Positions 54,180 to 64,000 of a DNA stretch of 64,000 nt are shown piece by piece. The DNA is from Paraspadella gotoi. Its lineage: Eukaryota > Animalia > Chaetognatha. The notes beneath the pieces are model-generated. The model was not told the DNA's origin. It worked only from the letters and a program-made list of their open reading frames with translations, and did not search any database. Location of the stretch: assembly GCA_051294375.1 (NCBI GenBank), contig CM119269.1, positions 7,809,225 to 7,873,224 of the forward strand. Direction: 5' to 3'. The position numbers were made by a program, and so were the translations under genes. Positions within the stretch are counted from its first letter, which is position 1, and every line of letters starts with the position of its first letter.

Positions 54180-54263
54180 GAGAGGACTGCGTCGGCTGCG
54201 GCGGCAGCGTCGGCTGCGTCGGCTGCGTCGGAAGCCGATGCCAGAAATCGAGGAAAGAGGTCA
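54180..54263 (-). CDS. Candidate exon TSFLDFWHRLPTQPTQPTLPPQPTQSS
   Basis: Acceptor gtctttcctag| and weak donor |gtaaac. 84 nt, phase 1 to 1, with the same NCG codon style as the other exons. Confidence 0.35.
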
Positions 54264-54599
54264 CTAGGAAAGACGTTGTAATGATTTAACGAGTCGGTGG
54301 GAAAGACGAGAGGCAAAGATCGCTTTTAAGAGAAGTAGTATAACTAAAATAAAAACATTTTTATCGATATTGAAACGTGATCATATATATATCTTTGGGT
54401 AAGTTTCTTAAATTGACACCACTTTAAAATCTAAATTCAATTTTTTGTTTTTGTTTTAACTTTTCTCTTTCTCCTCCCATCTTTTCTATTTCCACTGACG
54501 TTCTTTTTTTTTTCTACCTTTTTCACTTCAGCCCAAGTTGTTTGGGACGGAGTCGACGGCGGCGCGCGAGGCGTCGGCTATGGCGACGACGACGACGAA

Positions 54600-54631
<32 letters not shown>

Positions 54632-55098
54632 AACGGCGGCGATGATTGAAAATAAAAGGGAAATAAAAAATAAAACAAACGGCGATGATGAAAATCACAG
54701 GAAATTAAAAGGAATCAAAGAATGAATAATGAAGTGACATAATAGTTTAAAAACTGCTAATAATATTTACGATAAGGAAAAGAAAAGAAAAGAATAAAAT
54801 TGATGTCAGATGATAATGCTGAAAACGATGAAGATGACTCTTAAATAGCTTTCCATGGAAAAAGATAAAAAAAAGGAATCCTCATATAACTTGTCAACAA
54901 ATACACAATGGCAGAAAATATAAGCAGAGAAAAAGATAATATTTATGACGACGACGAAGATGACGACGACGAAGACGACGACGACGACAAAGACCTGACC
55001 CGGGCAACTCAGCTCAACTCTACTCAGCAAATGGCTTCTATTCTTCCCGGTTTTTACTTTTCCCTACAAGTGAGCGAATCTCTTCAAAGCGACGCCGA

Positions 55099-55164
<66 letters not shown>

Positions 55165-56248
55165 AACGGATGACGATATTGATGACGTCAACGTCCGCTC
55201 CAAAACCCTTGACGACCGATGAAGATGAAGAAGAGAGAAGACGAGACGAAGTGATTGACAATGTCAAAGACGGGAAAATGACATTGACGAGTTTTTTTCA
55301 TAATATCAATGAAAAATAATGGAAGATGACATAACATGACGAAAAATTAAGTTTCATGACGAAACTTACTTAAATGATGACTGATTAAAAGGATCAGGTG
55401 AGGTTGACAATGATGACAAAGGGACACTGACGACGACGACAACGACGACGACGACGGCACTTTTATCCCGACTCGTTTTACATAATTGTTAATTCAAATC
55501 CTTTGAGTTTCGTAACCGATTTTAACAGTACTTCCCTTTTTTCTTCTCTTCTCTTCTCTTCTCTTCTCTTCTCTTCTCTTCTCTTCTCTTCTTTTCTCTT
55601 TTCTTCTCCTCTCTTCTCTTCAATTCTTTTCTTTTCTGTTTTTATCTCTGCTCTCCTATTCCAATTTTTCCTCGCTTCTTCTTTTTAAAACTTACTCGAT
55701 TTCTTAATATTCGGTGTTTAATATTTCCAAATCCATCGATATTACTCGTCTTTTTAAAATTTGTCTCATCTTTTCCTCCATCTATGGTCATTTGTTTCAT
55801 CGTCTATAAATACTTTCTTTTCTTTCCCCTCTAAATATCCTCTCTTTTAATTCCCGAGAAAACCTGAGTTTATCCTTGAGCTCAGAAAGGTTTTTCCCGG
55901 AAGAAGAAAAAGGAGAAGGAGAAATAGAAATTAAAGGAGAAGGAAAAATAGAAGCAGAAGAGAAAAATAGAAATGAGAGGAAAAGGAGATTGGAAACAGA
56001 TGAGAAGAAGCAATTGAAATAGGAAAAAAATAAATTAAAATAAGGCAGAAGGAGAATAGAATAGAAGCAGAAGAAGTGATTAAAATAGAGGAGGTATATA
56101 AAAATAAAAATATAAGTAGAAGAAGTAATGGAAATAAAAGCAGGAGAAATAGAAATAGAAGAAAAATCAGAAGAAGCAAACGATTAAGAAAACCGATCGC
56201 CTTTTAGACGCTTGGGACGTGGGAGCTTAGGGAGAGAGAGAAAGAGAG

Positions 56249-56314
<66 letters not shown>

Positions 56315-56444
56315 AAGTGAGAAAGGAAGGAAAGGAAAATAAAGAGAGAGAGAGCAGTAGTAAGAATAAGAATGGCAGGGAGGGAGGGATTGGAAGATGG
56401 AAAAAGAGTGAGTTATAGAGTTAATAGAGAAACAGATAAAGGAA

Positions 56445-56476
<32 letters not shown>

Positions 56477-56481
56477 AGAGA

Positions 56482-56632
<151 letters not shown>

Positions 56633-57137
56633 ATTGATATTTACGGTTTAGAGATTTCCTTCCATTACGCCGAGTTTTTTCCATGCCATAACTATCAACG
56701 CCTCTGACGGCGGCGACTTTCGCCATGCCGAACTTCTCTCCCGTCTTTCCTTCTCCCCTTTCAACTCGACTCCATCTACTCCCCCCTCCCCTCCCTCGTT
56801 CTCCCCCCCCCCAAAAAGTCATTGGAGTTGAGTAGGGAAAGATAAATAGCGGTTCCCTCTCAACGCGCGTCAGGCAATCACGGCCAATCACAATGCGAGC
56901 ATTGCAATCACAGTCAATCAATACCTGCCTCAGAATTACAGCTAATCATCGCGATATTTGCAATCAGAGCCAATCAAAGTGAATTGCAACGCGGTTGGTA
57001 GATGGCCCTGCGAGTCACAGATACAATCACAGACTATAACTACGCTGTTTTAGTAACAAGCTCCTGGCGGTCGCAATCAACAGAGCCAATCAAAACGCAC
57101 CGATCCACCTTTGCTGCTATTCGCAGCTGGACATTAA

Positions 57138-57742
57138 GGCGTAGTGAAAGTTACATACGAAAATTCTAAAAGTCAATTATGAACAACATACTATCAGTGA
57201 ATATTAATATGTAAAAAAAATTAATTTATGCTTTTTAATTTTCGCAGTAGGCTATATTTATATATAGTACTTTCCTTATAAAATTGAAAAATTTCAAAAT
57301 AGGCTTTTCTTAATTTGATTGCAGATTTGAATTCCTCGTCAAAAATTGATAAAAGAAAATATAAATCATTTTTAAAAATTTCTTTCATTAAGTGGTTAAA
57401 AATTAAAAAAAACTATATTTAATATAATAAAAAGTTAATTTTCAGCTTAAAATATAGCTTTTTTTAATTTTTGACCCACTTAATGAAGGAATTTTTTTAA
57501 AAAAGAGTTTATTTCTTTTATCAACTTTTTATGACGAATCCAAAACTGCAAAAAAATCTTAGAAAAAACTGTTTTGAAATTTTAACATTTATTGGTTTGT
57601 ACTAGTATAAATATGGCCTACTGCGTAAATTGTAAAATTTATTATAATTTTTTATATATATAAATGTTCATTAGTATAATGTTGTTCGTTCCTTATTTTT
57701 AGAATTTTAATTAAAGTTAAATTAGAAAATTTTTACTACGCC
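57138..57742. mobile_element. Foldback MITE (non-autonomous DNA transposon), 605 bp
   Basis: Termini TTAA|GGCGTAGTGAAA and TTTTACTACGCC|TTAC. The arms pair along their whole length, e.g. cgcagtaggctatattta with taaatatggcctactgcg, and ttcattaagtgg with ccacttaatgaa. Confidence 0.85.
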
Positions 57743-58030
57743 TTACTGGACATGGAGTCTGTCAATCAATCAAATCCTATGGCAAATTTTAATAACAGAC
57801 GAACGAATTCTATTGTTCTAAAACTCTATTGTTCACCGCAACGAGTCATTCGCAAACGCCTTCGCATTCACAGTGAATCACGGCGAGAGAAAAAAAAAAC
57901 AGTTAATCACGAAGCGTGAAGGTAAATTACCCTTCGCTCAAAACCTTGGCCGTCGTCCGTATTGTCGTCGTCGTCGGCATTGGCTGCGCCCGCGGCGGTG
58001 CAGTGACGGCGGCGGCGGCGGGGACGCTGG

Positions 58031-58580
58031 TTTTTAGACGGATCTGCTAATTGCAGATTCCGACTCTATGATTTACTTTGTCGGTCTCTCGGTCGCCCTC
58101 CATTGAATTATAAAAAAATTATGCAAAAAAAAAAGATCCGTCTATCCGTCCGTATGTCCGTCCGTCGGTACAGCCGTCCATCCCCCTTTAGCTTTAAGCG
58201 CTAATTACTCATGAGGATTGGGGAGATTAGACGATCGACTTGAAATTTCGTCAGGGGGATAAAAGGTAAGCGATTGAGCTGGAAATCAAATTCTTACGGA
58301 ATCGACTAAGTTGAAGCAAGTTTAAATTGAAAATACAAAAGACACATTTTACTGTTTTATTTTCCTTTTTCTTTTCTACAAGGTGACACACGACAGCCAG
58401 CCACTAAAAAAAATCTTCATTTGCAAACTTGTAAAGATTTTTTTTTAATTTGAAAGATTTTTTCTGTAGTAAAAACCTAAATCATTTATATATCCAAATT
58501 AATTAATTAATTAATTATCTTATCAGCTGCCTACTGCTCATGATCATGGGCAGATCCGGCATCGGTTGCTCAAACTTGTT
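58031..58580 (-). mobile_element. Non-autonomous Helentron/DINE-1-like element, family A copy 2
   Basis: The minus strand begins aacaagtttgagcaaccgatgccggatctgccc and ends gaccgacaaagtaaatcatagagtcggaatctgcaattagcagatccgtctaaaaa, matching both ends of 3692-4412. Confidence 0.75.
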
Positions 58581-59537
58581 TCTTGCTAATGGACATAACG
58601 TCTTAAAGAACCGATGATCGGTGAACCTTTAATTTTTCTTCTTTTTTTTTTTTAGTGTCGATTCTTGGCTCGAGGCGAAGGAACCTGGGGAGGAATTCGG
58701 TTAATGACCTGACCCGACCTGACCCGACCAGACCCGACCAGACCTGACCTTCCTGACCTATCTGCAGTCTATATTCTTGATTTGCTTTAGTACATTGTAC
58801 ATATTATGTCATATATATGTATGTATATATGTACAACTGCAGAGCTCCAGACTCACATGTCATCGTCGTCTTTATTCCTGTTTCTGTTTTTATTTATGTC
58901 TCTTTTGTTCTTGTTGTTGTTGTTGTTGTCTCAACTCGTGATTCCATCTCGTTTTTATTTTGTACCGAAATAAAATTCTGTCCAAAGAAGCTGATGGTGG
59001 AGTTGTGCTTTTGTTGTTTGTTTTGGTTTTTCTTGCAGTCGTCATTGCAACAAATCATCTTGTCAAAAAGAGGAAGCAATGAAAAAAAAAGACGACGACG
59101 ACGACAACGACAACAACAACGACGTCATGTGATCTTCGAAAGTCCAGAACAATATCAGAGACAATAACAATAACAATAACTATAACGATAACAATAAAAT
59201 ATCCCATGGAGATTTTAGAAAAAAATACCAGTACCAGTATTTTTATCCAGAAGTAATTCAGCAAACTCTGACATTTCGAAGTTTAAAGATTTTTCGACTG
59301 GAAAAACAAAAGTTTTTGCGTTTTTTTTAATATTTCAGTCGTTTCTCAACTCCTTTTACGATCGAAGTTTTAAAACGAAGAAAATATCAAAAAAGAAAAC
59401 AAAACAATAGAATAAAGTTTTCTCAAAACATATGGGGAAATCATAAAAGCATAAGATAAACTAAATATAGATGAAAATACAATCAGTGAAAGAGAATGTC
59501 TCAAGAATTCACGAATAGCTTCAGAGTCTGTGAGAGT

Positions 59538-59594
<57 letters not shown>

Positions 59595-60490
59595 GGAGAG
59601 AGAGAGAGAGAGCTAACGTTTTGGTTTTCTGGCAGAATTGCCTTTCGTCTTTGTTTTAAAGTCAGTCCCTCCTCTCGCGCGTTAAAACCAGGAGTCTATT
59701 TCCCCCCCCCTCACCGTTTTGAGTTGCATCGGCTTCACTTCCCGCGGTTTTTTCTCCTGATTACATTTACATTTTTTTACATTTTTTTACATTTTTCTCA
59801 CGGTGTTTCAATCGCCGGTTAAAAAGGGCGAGAAACAGTTTTTATTAACTCCCGACTTCTGGAAAGTATTATATATTAAAAAAGAAAAATATTTCGAATG
59901 AAAAAAACAAAAAAACAAAATTGGTAAAGATGAAAAAAAAGTAAATTTGTTTTGTTTTCTTTTGAGCCTTAATAGATTTTATTTTCCTTTAACAAGAAAG
60001 AATTAAATGTCGATGGAAGGCGATTTAAACTTTTATGGTTTTTACGATCTTCAATTGTTTGAAATGAGTTTCCTCTTTTGACTTTTCTATAATATATTGG
60101 ATTCCGCTTAAATGATAGGAAGGCCAGGTACTCTGGGAAAGAATAAGCGAGAACGGTAGTAAGTCTCGATTGAAAGCCTGTCAAAGCTCTCTCTATAATG
60201 GATGGATAATTTTTGTAATGGTTATACCAGTTTCATAAAATAAAATAAATTGTCTTAGGGGAGTAACACATCAAACATACTCATGACAGATAAGCTAAGA
60301 ACCGTCATTGGCTCAGGCCCCCTTACCCCCCCCCCCAACCTCCACGCGAATTAAAGTCAAACTTTCAGAAAAACATATTCAAATTCATGACAAAACATTT
60401 TTTTCGTTTACGAAACAAAAGAGAAACAAAAAACGTTTTCTCTTTTCGGATCATCTGTCCCCAGACGCTCGCTCGTTGCCAAGAGGTCGA

Positions 60491-60522
<32 letters not shown>

Positions 60523-60824
60523 AAGATCGAGGGTCAAAAGTCGTGGATTCACTCGCACGTGGTGATCCGGTAGGTGGAGCGGTGTGTGATCCTCGCACGT
60601 GCCGCGTTAAACGTCCAGGTGCATCAATTAATATTTCATTTAAGAACGTTAGTAAGTAATATTTTTATTATTCTTATACATTTTGGTGGTCGTTCCATCC
60701 CAACAACAACGACAACAACGACTACAACGACCTCAGTGGGGTTTTTTTCTAAACTCTAGATCATCACTAAACGCTTCTTTTTTTCCCGTTTTTGTCGTGT
60801 TGTGTTATTCCCATCCCAATCTCC

Positions 60825-61015
60825 GAATAGCTGTTGTATCTGAGCCCCGTATGGCTGTTTCGCCTGATCCTCCCACGGCTGTTTTGTCTGATCCAACAAC
60901 AAGTGTGTTACCTGATCCCTAGATAGCTGCTTTGACTGATCCTTAATCGGCTGTTTTGCTTTAGCCCCGTATGGCTGTTTCGCCCGATCCTCTCAGGGTT
61001 GTTTTGCCTGATTCA
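60825..61015 (+). repeat. Degenerate ~24-bp repeat with core ggctgttttgcctgatcc
   Basis: About 8 units; agccccgtatggctgtttcgcc occurs twice. Confidence 0.7.
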
Positions 61016-62115
61016 CTGCCTCTCCGATCTCCATTTCTGGTCCAGATTAAAGTCTTTGCGATGACGAAGATGGACGAGGCTGAACCGAGACACGTCGGGT
61101 CTTAATCGAAGCAAGGTCGTGTCTTAGCCGACCCTATGTCAAGACTTGGAAAAAAAGACCGAACGCACATCTGGACTTGACCAAACAGCAAATACATGTT
61201 GTGTATTAACCTAGTCGAGTTTAAGAAAATCATGACTTATCATCAGATTAGCTGCTTACCTCTAAATTTTATTTTGGATGGAAGTTGATCATTTATCGAG
61301 CGCCTCTCAATATTGTTTGTATTATATTTTGATATGAATATAAAGTTATAAACACCTAAATATCCGCCCGTCGAGAGGCTGGTTTAGATTTCATAGTGAT
61401 AGTTTAGATTTCATAGTGATAGTTTAGATTTCATAGTGATAGTATCGTTCAGCCAAGCAACTTTCGTCGCAATATCATCATAACAACATCATTAGAAAAA
61501 TTAGTTCGAATTATTACTAAAAAAAGTATCGGTGACATGTCATAAATTTTAATTGGGCATGAGCGTGACACAATCGTGACGTAGGCGCGGCAACGGTGCG
61601 ACTCAATAACATCTGTGAAGTGAGGGTCGTGACAAAATAACATCAGCGGCAACTCCGATTTTGTGAAAACGTCAACGGTCAGAAAAAATCTAATATCCAG
61701 AAGGAGAAAAAATATGATTAGTTACGAAAACCGCGAGCAACTAAATTTTTAAAGTTTTCCTGATAAAATATTCAGATTTCTCAACTATGCAAATTTGTTA
61801 AGAAAGAAAGAGAGGGAAAGAGAGAGAGTCGGTGATTAGCGGAAGGCGGGGGAAAAAATCGTTATCCGAGGCTTACAAGGTCGCGCGGCCAAAGAGGAGG
61901 GGAGAAGGGGGGGGGCTAAAATCCTTTCGACGACGACGACGATGACGATGACGACGACGACGACGACGACGATAACTTTGTGCCTTGTCTGTTGACTTAC
62001 TACTTTTTATTAAATTTATACTAGTAATAGTAAAAAATAATAAATATATTAATGAAAATAATGATTATTAATTAATTAATTGTCAATCAAATGAAGTACA
62101 TTACAAAAAAAAATA

Positions 62116-62166
<51 letters not shown>

Positions 62167-62467
62167 CTCTTCCCTCTCTCTCTCTAGCGACGCGAAGTCC
62201 ACGGAAAGACAAACGAGCGAAAACCGGGAAATCCCCTTGACGCGTCATCGTTGGACGGTCCACTCTCAGAGAGAGATAGAGAGGGAGGGAGACAGATATA
62301 GAGAGGGAGTAACGGCGGAGCTCGTGTTCCGTCTAATGAGAATATAAATTGGTAATATAGCGAAAAGAGAAAAAAATTTCGTAGCAGAAGAGACGAGTGG
62401 ATTAAAGTTTAATTCATTTTCCCTGCTTTGTTTGCGTTCATTTTTAATGCATGCGCTTCGAAATTGT

Positions 62468-62585
<118 letters not shown>

Positions 62586-63387
62586 AGAGAGAGGAGAGAA
62601 AGGAGTGAAAGCCTCGTTGCCAAGCAACCGTTGGCGCAGTTAATTCTTTATGTTTTTAATGTATGTATGAGTTGGAGAGTGGAGATAAAAAGGTCGGGCC
62701 AATCGAGGGGGGGGAGGATGCGCAGACAGAGCGGAGAGTTGAGACTTGAGGGAATGAAACAAAACAGCGGGAAGAAAAAAAAAAAGAAACAGTGAGAAAA
62801 AACATTATTTTTCTGAAGGGAAGAAAAAACTTTTTAAGAAATTAGAGCGAATTGGCGAATGCGGTTTTTCCATACGGAATTTCCGGTTAAGAATAGCGTC
62901 GTTGACTGCGAGCTGTGAGGGCATCTGCGATTCTGATTGGTCAACGGACTTTCCAATCAAGACGTCGGTAATTAGCTGGATCACAATATTAGTTAATGTA
63001 AATAGAAAAGAAAATCGAAAAAAATATAGAAACAGTCAAAGATATAAAAAAAAATGAAGGAAAGAAAGAAAGAAAAAAGGAAAAAATAAATTTTTTTAAA
63101 AAAATATGAATTTTTGAAGGAAATAAAAAAAAATTGGTAAAGACATTTTCTTTTGCAGTGAATAAAATACCTTAAATTCTAAACTAAGAAGAATTATTCC
63201 GAAAATAGCAACAGAAGTACACAACGAAAAAAAGGTTGAAAAAAAAAAGTAAGAAAAAAGAAAGAAAAAAGGCTAAAAAAAAAAGAAAAGAAAAAAGTGG
63301 ATTATTTGGGCTGAAAATGTCGACTTCACCTGCGACTCGAAATCGGATCAAAGACTTTCGATCGCTGAGTGACGACACTGAGAAACG

Positions 63388-63852
63388 GAGGATCATCCGG
63401 AGGATCATCTAAAGGAGGATCATCTGGATGATAATCACAAGGAGGATCATCCGGATGATAATCTAAAGGAGGATCATCTGGATTATCATCAAAAGGAGGA
63501 TCATCTGGATGATCATCTAAAGGAGGTTCATCTGGATGATCATCTAAAGGAGGATCATCTGGATGATCATCTAAAGGAGGTTTATCTGGATGATCATCTA
63601 AAGGAGGATCATCTGGATGATAATCTAAAGGAGGATCATCTGGATGATCATCTAAAGGAGGATCATCTGGATGATCATCTAAAGGAGGCTCATCTGGATG
63701 ATCATCTAAAGTAGGATCATCTAGATGATCATCTAAAGGAGAATCATCTGGATGATTATCTAAAGGAGGATCATCTGGATGATCATCTAAAGGAGAATCA
63801 TCTGGGTTATCATCTAAATCATCCAGATCATCTGAATCACCCGGATCATCTT
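63388..63852 (+). repeat. 27-bp tandem repeat ggatcatctggatgatcatctaaagga, about 16 copies
   Basis: Direct inspection; each unit contains the palindrome gatgatcatc. Confidence 0.95.
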
Positions 63853-64000
63853 ACTGATGAAGGAGATGACCCGAGCATCTAGGATGTCTTGTTTCTGTGA
63901 TCCATACCTCAAATTACCTCATCGTGCCTTTAGAATGAGAGTCTTAGCCTATTTGAGCTCTCTCTTTCTCTCTCTCTCTCNNNNNNNNNNTCTCTCTCTC

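Noticed and set aside
54180-54263. DLFPRFLAS in an alternative frame as an RGS-domain C-terminal motif
   Set aside because: Only a 9-residue resemblance, followed by poly-Ala/Asp and a stop. No other RGS helices were found.

Overview
Eukaryotic (most likely animal) draft-genome sequence, not prokaryotic. It is AT-rich, saturated with (GA)n, (GAAA)n, (GAC)n and (GACG)n microsatellites, and has N gaps at 1035-1059, 7876-7885, 48449-48473, 48636-48867 and 63981-63990. Almost all ORFs in the supplied track are microsatellite artefacts. The sequence supports five things. (1) A long minus-strand, multi-exon gene, or two tandem genes, read from GC-rich islands with GT-AG ends between about 54.3 kb and 1.5 kb. 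It encodes low-complexity S/T/P/A/G-rich protein with no domain I can name, and several frames are ambiguous. (2) A truncated Ty3/Gypsy-type gag fragment. (3) Several small mobile-element families: two inverted tRNA-derived SINEs, three Helentron/DINE-1-like elements, a 605-bp foldback MITE, and a short-TIR element family carrying degenerate TTAGGG arrays (5 copies with both ends, 2 partial). (4) Several minisatellites. (5) Duplications, including an 8.6-kb tandem one, that look like long-read gap-filling artefacts next to 25-N gaps. I found no convincing new protein-based system; the best novelty candidates are the small repeat families and the unidentified gene.
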